A stretch of 64,000 nt of DNA from an uncultured delta proteobacterium (GCA_963705165.1 CAVPJD010000009.1:69666-133665); one strand, 5' to 3'. Positions 16,339-27,163 are shown, numbered from the stretch's first letter. Notes: generated by a model not told the origin, from the letters alone. Translations and numbers: made by a program.

Positions 16339-19028
16339 TCAGGATTCCTTCTCCACCAAAGGCAACGCGGCCTCCCCCTCTATCGGCAGCGTGAATCGGA
16401 ACACCGCGCCGCCCCCGGGCCGGTTTTCAGCCCATATGCGGCCGCCGTGCGCTTCCACGATGACCCGGCAGATGGACAGGCCGAGACCGACCCCGCCACC
16501 CGGTGATTTACCGCGGGTAAATTTTTCAAAGATCCGCTCCTCAAGGCCCGCCGGGATGCCTGGCCCCCCGTCTGCGATTTCAATGAGGACGCCTGCCTTC
16601 TGCATCCGGGCGACAAGCTCAACGGGGGTCCCCGCAGGGGTGTGCTGGAGGGCATTTTCCAGGAGATTCGTGAGGACCTGCTCCATCAGGAGCGGATCGA
16701 AGGGAATCAAAGGCAGATGATCCGGTATCGTGAGGCTGAGCGGGTGATCCTTCAACCGCTCGGAGAGCCGTTCGATGGCGACACCCGTAATCTCCTCCAG
16801 GGATTGCCAGTCCTTATTGACCTGGATCGCACCCGATTCGAGTCGCGTCATGTTGAGCACATTGCGTACGATGTGGTTGAGGCGCTCCGCCTCCCCGTGA
16901 ATGGTCCTGACCAGTTCCTCCCTTTTTCCCTCAGCCAGGTGTTCGCCCTTCCGGAGCAGGGTATCGGCCGCGCCGCTGATGGTCGCAAGCGGCGTCCTCA
17001 GGTCATGGGATACCGAGCTCAGAAAGACGTTTCGCAGGCTCTGCTTCTCGGCACTGAGGCGCTCCCTTTGGGCCTCCTGGGCCAGAATGACCCGCTCCAA
17101 GGCCATGGCTGTCTGGTTCGCAAAGGTTTCGAGAAGATGAATCTGCTCGGTTTCGAAGGGTTCGTTCGGATTCTCCGGGAGGATGCCTACAACGCCGACT
17201 GGACCGGACGAGGCGATCATGGGCAGGTAGAGGGCCTTGGCCCCCGGGAGGGTATCGGTGCCGACACCCGCCGCCTGCCTGTTCTCCAGGACCCATTGCG
17301 CCACACCCATCTCTTTTTCATCCAGAGCGAAGGTGCCCGCCCCCGTCGAGGGGACAACAAGGTGGCCCCGTTCATCGGAGACAAGAATGACAACCTGGCT
17401 TCGGAAGACCTCGCCGATGTGTCTCACGGCTATATCGCTGAGCTTCTCTTTTTTCGCTCCCGGGCCAGATCCCGGCTCAGGCCATAAAGCGCTGCGGTTT
17501 TTCTCTCCCGCAGCCGCGCCGCTTCAGCCTGCTCACGAACCCGCAAGGTGAGCCCGCTGATGACCAGGGCCACGGCGAACATGACCCCGAAGGTCACGAA
17601 GTACCGGACATCGGATACTGCGAAAGTGAAGTAGGGGGGGACAAAGAAAAAGTCGAAGGCAGCAATGCTCAGGAGGGTGGCCAGCAGCGCCGGCCAGCGC
17701 CTGGTGCGGATTGCCGTCACCACAACGCCAAGCAGATACACCATGACAAGATCAAGGAGCTCGAAATAGGGGAACATGATGGCTGAGATGCCCGTGGCTG
17801 CAGCCACCGTCGAAACGGACCAGACCCACTCGGAGGGCTTCCAGGACAAACGGGGGTTTTTTTCAATGCGCCGCGGCACACTCTCGGGGGCATCGCCTGT
17901 GATGACATAGACATCGATATCGCCGCTTCCGCGGACGATTTCATCCAATGGCGAGCCCAAGAGCTTGTCCTTCCAGCGTGGATGGGTCGGCTTGCCGACG
18001 ATGATCTTGCCAACGTTGCGCAGCCTGGCGTAGCTGAGAATCTCCTCGCTCACACGGTGCCCCGTCAGCGTCACCGTCTCGGCGCCCAGGCCTTCGGCCA
18101 GGCGCATGTGCTCTGCCAGTAGCCGATTGTCCTCCTCGGAGGCGCGAACATGGGAGGGCGCCTCGATGTTGACGGCGATCCACTCGGCGCGCAGTCCCGC
18201 GGCCATTCGACGGGCCGCCCGGATCAGGCGGACCGAGCGCGGATTGGGCCCCACGCAGACGAGAATCCTCTCCGTGGCGGGCCAGATCGCCCGCACCCCC
18301 TGATCCCGTCGATAGCTCTCCATCTGCTCATCGACACGCTCGGCCGTGCGTCGAAGTGCCAGTTCACGCAGAGCGATGAGGTTTCCCTTCCGGAAGAAAT
18401 TCCCCATCGCCTTTTTCGCCTGATCGGGGATGTATACTTTCCCCTCCTTCAGGCGCTGCAGAAGGTCATCGGGCGGCAGATCGACAAGCTCGATCTCATC
18501 GGCTCGCTCCAGAAACGAATCCGGCAGGGTTTCCCTTACGCGGACACCTGTGATCTGATAAACCACGTCATTGAGGCTCTCCAGATGCTGGACATTGACA
18601 GTGGTGTAGACGGAGATTCCTGCACAGAGAAGCTCCCTCACGTCCTGCCAGCGTTTTTTGTGGCGGGCGCCGGGGACATTGGTGTGAGCCAGTTCGTCCA
18701 CGAGGACAATGGAAGGATTGCGTGCCAGGGCGCCGTCCAGGTCGAATTCCTGGAGGGTTTTCCCTTTGTAGTAAATGGAGCGACGGGGCAGGGTCTCCTG
18801 CCCCTCCAGGAGCACTTCCGTCTCCCTGCGGCCGTGGGTTTCGACGAGGCCGGCGACGATATCGATGCCCTCCCGCCGTCTCGCCTGCGCTGCTTCCAGC
18901 ATGGCATAGGTTTTCCCCACACCGGGGGCGGCGCCGAAGAATACCTTCAACTTCCCCTGCCGTTGCCGCTCCTCTTTCTGTTTGACCAGCTCGAGAAGGG
19001 CTTCTGGGTCGGGTCTTTTTTCATCCAT
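16339..19028 (-). pseudogene. kdpD: Sensor kinase KdpD, split into two abutting ORFs by a 1-nt frameshift in a homopolymer
   Basis: ORF 17430..19028 holds the KdpD N-terminal domain with a P-loop (GAAPGVGKT), a USP-like region and TM helices. ORF 16339..17427 holds GAF, HisKA (SHDLRTPL) and HATPase (GGGVGLGLSI) domains. One extra A in the A6 run (T6 at 17449-17454 on the plus strand) restores ...LSRDLARERKKEKLSDIAVRHIGEVF... as one ~890-aa protein. Confidence 0.85.
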
Positions 19029-19088
19029 ACCGGAACAACCTGTGGAGGATTGCCGAGGATCGCAACCGCTTTTTGAAGTCTAACAGAA

Positions 19089-19661
19089 TCACCGCAGCGT
19101 CTCCAGCGCCATGTTCAACTCGAGGACCGGGACGACGGTCTCCCCGAAGATGCCGAAATCCCGATCCCGCAAATGGGCCATGACATGACCCTGCACAACC
19201 TCCTCCTCGAGCCCCCGGGCCTTCGCAACACGCCGGACCTGGTAGAGGGCGGCAGCCGGGCTGATGTGGGGATCGAGGCCGCTGCCGGAAGCCGTGACCA
19301 GATCCACGGGGATCGGCCGGGGATTGTCCGGGTCGGCTGCGTGCAGTGCGGCGATCCGCGACCGGACTGCCTTTGTCAGTTCCGGGTTCGCCGGTCCCAG
19401 GTTGGAACCCGCTGAGGCGGCGCTGTTGTACGGAAAGGGTTTTGTCGCCGAAGGCCGCCCCCAGAAAAAGCGGGTATCCTCGAAGGGTTGCCCGATGAGA
19501 GCCGACCTCGCAGGATGGCCTTCCATGACGATCAGGCTTCCATTGGCCTCGTGGGGAAAAAAGATCTGGGCAAGCCCCGTGATGCACAGCGGGTAGATGA
19601 TGCCGGTCAGCACCGTCAGCAGCAACAGCGAAAAGACAGCGGGACGGATAAAGTGTTTCAT
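19089..19661 (-). CDS. kdpC: K+-transporting ATPase subunit C
   Basis: A 190-aa ORF with an N-terminal TM helix. Motifs: PSATKPFPYNSAASAGSNLGP, TASGSGLDPHISP. Confidence 0.9.
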   Translation of the reverse strand: MKHFIRPAVFSLLLLTVLTGIIYPLCITGLAQIFFPHEANGSLIVMEGHPARSALIGQPFEDTRFFWGRPSATKPFPYNSAASAGSNLGPANPELTKAVRSRIAALHAADPDNPRPIPVDLVTASGSGLDPHISPAAALYQVRRVAKARGLEEEVVQGHVMAHLRDRDFGIFGETVVPVLELNMALETLR

Positions 19662-19672
19662 GGATCATCTCC

Positions 19673-21745
19673 TTAAACCAGGTGCAGGGCCGCAAGGATC
19701 AGGTCGATCAGCTTGATGCCGATGAAGGGGACCACCAGGCCGCCGGCACCGTAGACGAGCAGGTTGCGGCGGAGAACGATTGCGGCACCCATCGGGCGAT
19801 ACCGGACCCCTTTCAAGGCAAGGGGGATCAGGGCTACGATGATCAGGGCATTGAAGATGACCGCCGAGAGAACCGCACTTTGCGGGGTTGCAAGCCCCAT
19901 GATGTTGAGCGCGGACAGGGAGGGGTAAATGCCTGCAAACGCCGCCGGGAGGATGGCAAAGTACTTGGCCACATCGTTGGCAATGCTGAAAGTGGTGAGC
20001 GTCCCCCGGGTCATCAGGAGCTGCTTGCCGATCCCGACGATCTCGATGAGCTTCGTGGGATTCGAGTCGAGATCCACCAGGTTGCCCGCCTCCTTGGCGG
20101 CCTGGGTGCCCGTGTTCATCGCCACGGCCACATCGGCCTGGGCCAGGGCCGGTGCATCGTTGGTCCCGTCACCGGTCATGGCAACCAGGTGTCCCCCGGC
20201 CTGATAATCGCGGATCAATTTCAGCTTCGTCTCCGGCGTTGCCTGGGCGAGAAAATCATCCACGCCGGCCTCGGCGGCGACGGCGGCGGCCGTCAGAGGA
20301 TTATCGCCCGTGATCATCACTGTTCGAATCCCCATCCGCCTGAGTTCCGCGAACCGCTCCCGGATGCCGCCCTTCACGACGTCCGCCAGCTGAATGACCC
20401 CGAGTGCGCGTGCCCCGTCGGCCACGACCAGCGGTGTGCCGCCCCGGCGGGAGATGTCATCGACGATCGATCGGAGCTCGGAGGGAAAGGAACCGCCCAG
20501 ATCTGTCACATAGGCTTCCATGGCGTCGGCGGCCCCTTTGCGGATCTGGCGCCCGTCGAGATCGACGCCGCTCATGCGTGTCTTTGCCGTGAAGGGGATG
20601 AATCGGGCACCGAGTGCTTTGATATCCCGCTCCCTCAGACTATAATTCTTCTTGGCCAGCACGACGATGCTGCGGCCTTCGGGAGTCTCATCGGCAAGCG
20701 AGGCAAGCTGGGCTGCGTCGGCAAGAATCTGCACATCCACGCCGGCGGCGGGAAGGAACGACGTCGCCTCCCGGTTGCCGAGGGTGATGGTCCCCGTCTT
20801 GTCCAGCAGGAGGACATCCACGTCGCCTGCCGCCTCGACGGCACGACCGCTCATGGCGATGACGTTGGCCTGGATCATCCGGTCCATGCCGGCAATGCCG
20901 ATGGCCGAAAGAAGTCCCCCGATAGTCGTCGGGATCAGGCAGACGAGCAGGGCAACGAGCACTGTGATGGTGACGGGCGAGCCCTGGCCGGCGGCCCGGG
21001 CGCTGAAGATCGAGAACGGAAGCAGCGTGACCGTGGCCAGGAGGAAGATGAGGGTCAGGCCGGCCAGGAAAATGTCGAGGGCGACTTCATTGGGAGTCTT
21101 CTGCCTCCTCGCACCCTCCACCATGGCGATCATCCGGTCCAGGAAAGTCTCGCCGGGACTCGACGTAACGCGGATAACGAGCCAATCCGAAAGGACTCGT
21201 GTCCCCCCGGTCACGGCGCTGCGGTCCCCGCCGGACTCCCGGATTACGGGCGCGCTCTCTCCCGTAATCGCACTCTCGTCGACAGAGGCAACCCCGACAA
21301 CCACCTCGCCATCTCCGGGGATGAAATCGCCTGCTTCCACCAGTACGTAATCGCCTTTACCGAGTTGCGAGCCCGGGATGAGGACTCGATTCGCCCCGGC
21401 ATCGGGGCCGGAGAGGCGTTTGGCCAGCACATCCTTCCGGGTGCTGCGCAGTGCTTTCGCCTGGGCCTTTCCCCGCCCTTCCGCCATGGCTTCGGCGAAA
21501 TTGCCGAACAGTACAGTAACCCAGAGCCAGATCGACACGGTCAGGATGAATCCGGGGCTTTCCTCCCCTCGTCCGGACAGGGCAAGGAAAAAAAGCACCG
21601 AGGTCAACACGCTGCCCACCTCGACGACAAACATTACCGGCCGCCTCATCATCTGCAGGGGATTCAACTTCAGGAACGCGTCGACGACGGCCTGCCGGAG
21701 AAGAGCGCCTTCAAAAAGGCTGAGGGTTTTGGTCTTTCGATTCAT
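19673..21745 (-). CDS. kdpB: K+-transporting P-type ATPase subunit B
   Basis: P-type ATPase motifs are [17 protein letters not shown] and [16 protein letters not shown]. The ORF is 690 aa. Confidence 0.95.
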   Translation of the reverse strand: MNRKTKTLSLFEGALLRQAVVDAFLKLNPLQMMRRPVMFVVEVGSVLTSVLFFLALSGRGEESPGFILTVSIWLWVTVLFGNFAEAMAEGRGKAQAKALRSTRKDVLAKRLSGPDAGANRVLIPGSQLGKGDYVLVEAGDFIPGDGEVVVGVASVDESAITGESAPVIRESGGDRSAVTGGTRVLSDWLVIRVTSSPGETFLDRMIAMVEGARRQKTPNEVALDIFLAGLTLIFLLATVTLLPFSIFSARAAGQGSPVTITVLVALLVCLIPTTIGGLLSAIGIAGMDRMIQANVIAMSGRAVEAAGDVDVLLLDKTGTITLGNREATSFLPAAGVDVQILADAAQLASLADETPEGRSIVVLAKKNYSLRERDIKALGARFIPFTAKTRMSGVDLDGRQIRKGAADAMEAYVTDLGGSFPSELRSIVDDISRRGGTPLVVADGARALGVIQLADVVKGGIRERFAELRRMGIRTVMITGDNPLTAAAVAAEAGVDDFLAQATPETKLKLIRDYQAGGHLVAMTGDGTNDAPALAQADVAVAMNTGTQAAKEAGNLVDLDSNPTKLIEIVGIGKQLLMTRGTLTTFSIANDVAKYFAILPAAFAGIYPSLSALNIMGLATPQSAVLSAVIFNALIIVALIPLALKGVRYRPMGAAIVLRRNLLVYGAGGLVVPFIGIKLIDLILAALHLV

Positions 21746-21769
21746 CGTCTTGATCTCCCGTGACCGGCC

Positions 21770-23506
21770 TCAGGATGCCATGAATTCCGCAATCGGCCCG
21801 AGGGCCAGGGCCGGAAGGAACGTCAGCGCGCCCACCAGAAGAACCACGCCTGCAAGCAGAATAACGAATAGGGGTGTATGGGTTGGAAGTGTTCCGGGAC
21901 CGGATGGAATGATCTTTTTACCCGCCAGGGATCCCGCCATGGCCAGAACCGGGATCATCACCCAGAACCGGCCAATCAGCATGGCGATCCCCAGGGAGAG
22001 ATTGTAGAAGACGCTGTCGGCGTTGAGGCCGGCAAAGGCGCTCCCGTTGTTGTTTGCCGCCGACGAAAAGGCGTAGAGAACCTCCGTAAAGCCGTGGGGT
22101 CCCGGATTGAAAATGCCGGAAAGCCCCGCCTCTGCCGCCAGGGCAATCGCCGTACCGACAAGGACCACCGAGGCGGGGATGAGGATGACGAGGGAGGCCA
22201 TTTTCATTTCGAAGGCCTCGATCTTCTTGCCCAGATACTCCGGTGTCCGGCCCACCATGAGGCCGGCCACGAAGACGGCGATGACGGCAAACACGAGCAT
22301 GCCGTAGAGCCCGGAACCAACGCCGCCGAAGACAACCTCGCCGAGTTGCATGAGCCAGAGTGGGAATAGGCCTCCGAGGGGCGTGAAAGAATCGTGCATG
22401 GCATTGACCGAGCCGTTCGAGGCGGCTGTGGTGGCTACCGCCCAGAGTACCGAGTTGACGATGCCGAAACGCGCCTCCTTCCCTTCCATGTTCCCGCCGG
22501 GTTGCAGGCTGCTCACCGCCTGGTCGACCCCGAGGGCGGACAGGGCAGGGTTTCCCGCCTGCTCGCTCCACAGGCACAGCATCATGAGCGGTATGAGGAT
22601 GACCAGCATTGCCGCGAGAATTGCCCGGCCCTGCCGCGTATCGCCCACCATTTTACCGAAGGTATAGCAGAGCGCCGCGGGAAGCAGGAGGATGGCGAGA
22701 AGCTCCAGAAAGTTTGAAATCTGGGTTGGATTCTCCAGGGGATGGGCGGCGTTGGCGTTGAAAAACCCCCCGCCGTTTGTCCCGATCTGCTTGATGGCGA
22801 TTTGTGAGGCCGCCGGACCCATGGGGATGACCTGCCCGGTAACCTCGTTGCCCTCACTGTCCAGTGTGCTCTGAAGAAGCGGAACCCGAATGGCGGCGCC
22901 GAGCGACTGAACGACCCCCTGGGAAACGAGTGCCAGAGAGAGCACGATGGCCAGGGGAAGCAGGATGTAGAGAACGGAGCGGACCATGTCCACCCAGAAA
23001 TTTCCGATGGTCTGCGAAAGGCTGCGCTTAAGCCCCCGGATGAAGGCTGCAAGGGCTGCCATCCCACTGGCCGCGGAGACGAAATTCTGGACGGTGAGCC
23101 CGATCATCTGCGTCAGGTAGCTCATGGCCGTCTCCCCGGCATAGGCCTGCCAGTTCGTATTGGTAACAAAACTCACGGCCGTGTTAAAGGCAAGGTCGGG
23201 TGCGATGGCACTGATCTGCTGGGGATTAACCGGAAGGAATGCCTGGCTGCGCTGGATCAGATAGAGCAGGAGAGCACCCGCGGCGTTGAACAGCAGCAGC
23301 GCCGTTGCGTATTCCTTCCATGTCATCTCCCCGTCGGGGCGGATCCCGCAGATTCTATAAATCCATCTTTCGAGGGGTGAGATAAGACGGTGCAGGGGCA
23401 AAGACTCTCCGCTGTAGACGCGAGCCATGTAGAAGCCCAGCGGCTTGACGAGAACCAGAAGGGCGACAAGATAGAGGAAAATCTGAATCATGCCCGGGGC
23501 GTTCAT
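21770..23506 (-). CDS. kdpA: K+-transporting ATPase subunit A
   Basis: A 578-aa polytopic ORF. Selectivity-filter-like repeats include TNTNWQAYAGE, GTNGGGFFNAN and NNGSAFAG. Its start overlaps the kdpF stop. Confidence 0.95.
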   Translation of the reverse strand: MNAPGMIQIFLYLVALLVLVKPLGFYMARVYSGESLPLHRLISPLERWIYRICGIRPDGEMTWKEYATALLLFNAAGALLLYLIQRSQAFLPVNPQQISAIAPDLAFNTAVSFVTNTNWQAYAGETAMSYLTQMIGLTVQNFVSAASGMAALAAFIRGLKRSLSQTIGNFWVDMVRSVLYILLPLAIVLSLALVSQGVVQSLGAAIRVPLLQSTLDSEGNEVTGQVIPMGPAASQIAIKQIGTNGGGFFNANAAHPLENPTQISNFLELLAILLLPAALCYTFGKMVGDTRQGRAILAAMLVILIPLMMLCLWSEQAGNPALSALGVDQAVSSLQPGGNMEGKEARFGIVNSVLWAVATTAASNGSVNAMHDSFTPLGGLFPLWLMQLGEVVFGGVGSGLYGMLVFAVIAVFVAGLMVGRTPEYLGKKIEAFEMKMASLVILIPASVVLVGTAIALAAEAGLSGIFNPGPHGFTEVLYAFSSAANNNGSAFAGLNADSVFYNLSLGIAMLIGRFWVMIPVLAMAGSLAGKKIIPSGPGTLPTHTPLFVILLAGVVLLVGALTFLPALALGPIAEFMAS

Positions 23507-23595
23507 GAAAACACCTCCGGCTTCAGAAGCGCGATAAAGAGGTAGATGAGAAGGGCCAGTGCGATGATGCCGCCAATCAAGTAGAGAAAGGACAT
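23503..23595 (-). CDS. kdpF: K+-transporting ATPase subunit F
   Basis: Internal ATG 23595 gives MSFLYLIGGIIALALLIYLFIALLKPEVFS, a 30-aa single TM peptide ending in the typical P-E-x-F. It overlaps the kdpA start by 4 nt. Confidence 0.7.
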   Translation of the reverse strand: MSFLYLIGGIIALALLIYLFIALLKPEVFS

Positions 23596-23596
23596 T

Positions 23597-23689
23597 TCAC
23601 TCACCCGCCCGAAGTCTTTCAATCCAGCTGACAGAGAGCCCGCACAGAATGAAAAACACGACAATGATGCTTGCGTAGAGGATATCCAT
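23597..23689 (-). CDS. Candidate 30-aa single-TM peptide translationally coupled to kdpF (not in the ORF track)
   Basis: Hand translation of the minus strand gives ATG(23689) GAT ATC ... GAG TGA(23597) = MDILYASIIVVFFILCGLSVSWIERLRAGE. Its stop is 1 nt before the kdpF ATG (TGAAATG). GGGAGAGTGAAGAG lies upstream. Confidence 0.35.
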   Translation of the reverse strand: MDILYASIIVVFFILCGLSVSWIERLRAGE

Positions 23690-23721
23690 AAACTCTTCAC
23701 TCTCCCGTTCGAGAAATCGCG

Positions 23722-24276
23722 TCAGGCATCCCCCACTCGCCGCTGAAGGATCTTATACTTCTCCAGGAGCTTGTTGCGCGTGGCCTCGAGCGCGCAGGTT
23801 TCCTGATCGACTTCGGCGGTTCTTTTCTGAATCGCCGGTAATTCAGCATCCCTCAAGTGATCCTTGGTTTGCCTGCTTTCCCGGGTCAGGACCTTCTTCC
23901 ATTCCAGCGGATCGTCACTTCGAAATCTGCCCTTCGTCACTTTATACTTCACGAGAAGATCCTCCAGCGCAAGAGAGCTGGAAAAATCGTCGAGTTCCGA
24001 TTCACTGACCGTCACGTAGAGGGCTTTCCCCTCAATCAACACGGGAAAGCGGTAAATCCCGGGATTCTCTGCAAGGGCCAGCAAACGAGCCTGATGGTCC
24101 CTGAGCATCCCTGAAAGCTTTTTATTATCGAGGGTCACTTTGTCCAGGTGATCAATCTCACTGCGGATCTCATTCATTTCCTTTCTCATCTCTTCGCGCG
24201 TCTGTGACCGGATCGAGATCGGCATTGCGAGAAACAGGATGACCACCGCAAATGACAGGACTCTGTATCGATTCAT
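23722..24276 (-). CDS. Hypothetical secreted coiled-coil-rich protein
   Basis: ATG 24276 gives MNRYRVLSFAVVILFLAMPISIRSQ, which reads as a signal peptide. The rest is charged and helical (EEMRKEMNEIRSEIDHL...). No family was recognised. Confidence 0.4.
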   Translation of the reverse strand: MNRYRVLSFAVVILFLAMPISIRSQTREEMRKEMNEIRSEIDHLDKVTLDNKKLSGMLRDHQARLLALAENPGIYRFPVLIEGKALYVTVSESELDDFSSSLALEDLLVKYKVTKGRFRSDDPLEWKKVLTRESRQTKDHLRDAELPAIQKRTAEVDQETCALEATRNKLLEKYKILQRRVGDA

Positions 24277-24521
24277 GTTTGCCCCCTTGAAACTTGTTGC
24301 TTTCAAGGAAATCTTCTCCAACGCTTTTGTGGTCAGGTTAACAAGGCAGGAATAAAGATGTTGTTAAAATCAGGGGCTGAGGAATAAAAAGAATATCAAT
24401 ACAACATGTGCGGGGGGGAGTTGGGGACCAAGCTTTTTTATCATTTTCATGATGACAGGATCATCAGGAAATGAGATATGATTATCCGTGAAGCGCTTAA
24501 ACCCCAGGAAAGGAGGAATAT

Positions 24522-24791
24522 ATGAACAAAGCGGAACTGATCAGTGAAGTGGCAAAGGTCGTGTGTGTGAAGAAGGAGGCAGCCGCAGCCGTCGATGCCG
24601 TATTCGGAGCCATCCAGAAGGCACTGAAGAAGGGGGACAAGGTGGCCATCGCCGGATTCGGGACGTTTTCCGTTGCGAAACGGGCTGCACGGAAGGCCCG
24701 CAACCCCCAGACAGGCGACATCATCAAGGTGAAGGCGAAGAAAGTGCCGAAGTTCTCCGCCGGCAAAGGGTTTAAGGATGCCGTGAAGTAA
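24522..24791 (+). CDS. HU family nucleoid-associated DNA-binding protein
   Basis: MNKAELISEVA...IAGFGTFSVAKRAARKARNPQTGDIIKVKAKKVPKFSAGKGFKDAVK, 89 aa. A GGAAAGGAGG RBS lies upstream. Confidence 0.9.
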   Translation: MNKAELISEVAKVVCVKKEAAAAVDAVFGAIQKALKKGDKVAIAGFGTFSVAKRAARKARNPQTGDIIKVKAKKVPKFSAGKGFKDAVK

Positions 24792-24816
24792 GCTGCAGAT
24801 AATTTTTCAGTCAACG

Positions 24817-24855
24817 AAAAAAGAAGGGATTCCGCGCGGAATCCCTTCTTTTTTC
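24817..24855 (+). terminator. Rho-independent terminator after the HU gene
   Basis: The stem is GAAGGGATTCCGC/GCGGAATCCCTTC, a perfect 13-bp stem with no spacer. It is followed by TTTTTT. Confidence 0.8.
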
Positions 24856-25198
24856 CGGCTCCCCGCCAGAGCGCGATCCGGGGGCACTCTTTACTTTCGG
24901 GCCGTTTGATTCTGCTCTCTCAGAAGAATCTTCCGCGGCGATTTACTCTTGGAACACCTTCGTTATCGGTTCAATGCTTACGGAAAATCGAAGCCCCTTC
25001 CTTCCTGGTCACGCCGGCGCCGAGAAACCCGATACCCTTCAGGATCCCTTTTTCTCTCCTGACCGAGGCGGCTGCTTCCGTTTTGCCGCCGCTCGTTTTC
25101 CCGATGGTTTCTTCGCCGGGACCCAAGCTTGCGTGCGGGAAGGGGGCGGGGCCTCTTTTCCCAGGCGCTCATCCCAGAATGCCGGGGTCCGTCGCAGA

Positions 25199-25417
25199 TC
25201 ACGGACGTCGTATTCCACACAGTGCGGCCAAATCTTTCACCCGGCCGCGGAACATGTCCTGCAGGCACTCGGGGATGTGCTGCTGCCTCGTGCGGTGCAC
25301 GCGGATGCATTCCACGCAGTTTCCGTGACGGTGGCAGCGCGTCTGCGTGCAGGGACAGTCATCCACCATGCCCGGCATGAGTTTGCGCGCAGCAGTTTCC
25401 TTCTGTTTTCGTTTCAT
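25199..25417 (-). CDS. Small cysteine-rich protein (DUF6485-like, by recollection)
   Basis: ATG 25417 gives MKRKQKETAARKLMPGMVDDCPCTQTRCHRHGNCVECIRVHRTRQQHIPECLQDMF..., with the pattern CxC-x4-C-x4-CxxC. Confidence 0.4.
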   Translation of the reverse strand: MKRKQKETAARKLMPGMVDDCPCTQTRCHRHGNCVECIRVHRTRQQHIPECLQDMFRGRVKDLAALCGIRRP

Positions 25418-25582
25418 GGAGTTCTCCGCAATTCGGTTTCTTCCCCTGCCGGAGAAGCATAACCTTTTTACAACATTAAGAGATTCCTGCCGGAAGAACA
25501 ATCTTTTTCATCCCTCGCTTTGACTTTCGACACGTCATTATATAGAATGCGCAAACCTGACGCAGATCGAGGATCGAATGCC

Positions 25583-27028
25583 ATGAACCGCTGGTTTGAG
25601 ACCCTTCATCGCACTCTGGACAGGGAGAAAATTTCGGGGAACCCGGAAAAGTCTCGGCTGGTGCCTCTCCAGCATTATGCCGAGTCCCTGGGGGAGTTCC
25701 GGGAAACCTTACTGCGCTGGTTTCAGGCAAGCCTGCCGGGGAAGCGCCGGATTCGCGTCTTTGTGGACGGCTTCCCCAAGAAGTGCTCCGAAGGCCCGAC
25801 GGCACAAATCGACAAGGAGTTCCGGGCCCTGCTGGGCGAGGCAGGCATCCCCTTTTGCTGGACGGACCTCTCCGCCGAACTTGCCATACCCCCCGGGGAA
25901 CTTCATGCCTCCCACGCATGCCTGGAGCAGATCCGCAGCGTCGTGCGGAGGGGAGAAGAAGATGCAGCGGTTGTCCTGGGCTCCGGAAGCATCACCGATC
26001 TGGTGAAACACGCCCTGCATCTGGAGGGCAGGCCCATTCCCTTTGTCTCGGTTCCCACGGCCCTCACCGTGACGGCCTTTACATCCGCTTTTGCCATCAT
26101 CGACTTCCACGGCGCTAAACGCACCCTTCAGTCCAGACCTGTTTCCGCCGCCTTCTGGGTCAGACCTTTTTTGGAATGCGCCCCCCCAAGTATGTCCCGG
26201 GCAGGATACGGGGATCTTCTGGCCCGCTTCGTTGCTTACGGGGACTGGCTTCTCGGGCACCGCCTGGGGGTCATGGAGCGATATGACGAGTCGGCCTTTC
26301 GCCTCATGGAGCCTTTTGCCGGGGGTATCCGGGCGGCAGCCGGCGGGTTTGCCCGTTATCCACTGCCGCAGGATGCCACGGCGTGTACCGCCGCAGCGCT
26401 GGCCATGGCCGGGATTTCCATGTCCACGGCCGGCGAGACGACCCCCCTTTCCGGCTTCGAGCATGTCATCAGCCACGCCCTCGATTTCCTGAGGCTTACG
26501 GCGGGCAGGGATCTCGTCTTTCACGGCGAGCAGGTCGCTCTGGGCTCCCTCGTGAGCGCCCGGACCTTCGACCGGCTCCTGGGGATGGAGAACCTCAACG
26601 GCGTCGCCTGGCGGGATGCGGACATCGGGCAGTCCTTGCGGGTCCTGGAGGAGCGAATGGCTGCGACCCCCTTTCCTCGCGGAGGGGAGCCCTATCGCGA
26701 TAAGATAGATGCTGCCCGGGCGGAGTTTTCCGTGGAATATCGAAAGAAATCAGAGCGCTGGGCGGCGGCCCGTCCCCGTATCCGGTACTTTGTGGATGCC
26801 TGGGGGGATATCCGGCTCGAACTCGCCCGATTGACCATGCGGGCCGGGGAGATGGAGCCGCTGCTGAAGAAATCGGGCCTGCCCTGCAGACCCGGGGAGA
26901 CGGATCCGCCCACCACGGAGGAGGAATTCCGGTGGGCCGTGGCGTTTTCCCCGTTTGTGCGGGTGCGCATGAACCTCTCCGATCTGCTCTTCTGGATGGA
27001 CAGGGAGGATCTCGTCGTCTTGCCTTGA
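25583..27028 (+). CDS. Iron-containing alcohol dehydrogenase superfamily protein (glycerol-1-phosphate dehydrogenase/AraM-like)
   Basis: ATG 25583 lies within track ORF 25520..27028. Blocks: VVLGSGSITDLVKHA, FVSVPTALTVTAFTS, RAGYGDLLARF, HVISHALD. Confidence 0.6.
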   Translation: MNRWFETLHRTLDREKISGNPEKSRLVPLQHYAESLGEFRETLLRWFQASLPGKRRIRVFVDGFPKKCSEGPTAQIDKEFRALLGEAGIPFCWTDLSAELAIPPGELHASHACLEQIRSVVRRGEEDAAVVLGSGSITDLVKHALHLEGRPIPFVSVPTALTVTAFTSAFAIIDFHGAKRTLQSRPVSAAFWVRPFLECAPPSMSRAGYGDLLARFVAYGDWLLGHRLGVMERYDESAFRLMEPFAGGIRAAAGGFARYPLPQDATACTAAALAMAGISMSTAGETTPLSGFEHVISHALDFLRLTAGRDLVFHGEQVALGSLVSARTFDRLLGMENLNGVAWRDADIGQSLRVLEERMAATPFPRGGEPYRDKIDAARAEFSVEYRKKSERWAAARPRIRYFVDAWGDIRLELARLTMRAGEMEPLLKKSGLPCRPGETDPPTTEEEFRWAVAFSPFVRVRMNLSDLLFWMDREDLVVLP

Positions 27029-27163
27029 CAAAGCGGCAGTATTTTTCATATAGACAGCGCGGGAAAACTAGGGTGCCGGAAGTAGAATAACCAATCCAGG
27101 CTCCGGCCCGGGTTGGACAATCACAATCACATCTCGAGGAAGAAAAATCGAGGAGGAGGGGCC

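Noticed and set aside
19682-21763. A 693-aa plus-strand ORF.
   Set aside because: It is exactly antisense to kdpB, which carries the DKTGT, TGDN and GDGxNDxP motifs. It is a GC-driven shadow ORF.
24497-24814. A 105-aa minus-strand ORF.
   Set aside because: It is antisense to the HU gene, which is unambiguous.
24860-25198. Overlapping track ORFs (24906..25328, 24974..25462, 24978..25310, 25129..25380) between the HU gene and the Cys-rich gene.
   Set aside because: Their translations are Arg/Pro/Gly-rich with no motifs, RBS or consistent frame. The region is best left as non-coding or unknown.
27030-27163. The ~110-nt leader of the ABC substrate-binding gene as a TPP or other riboswitch (contains CTAGGGTGCCGG).
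   Set aside because: It lacks the conserved CUGAGA and ACCUGAUCUGGAUAAUGCC-type elements of TPP riboswitches. I could not recognise any other riboswitch core.
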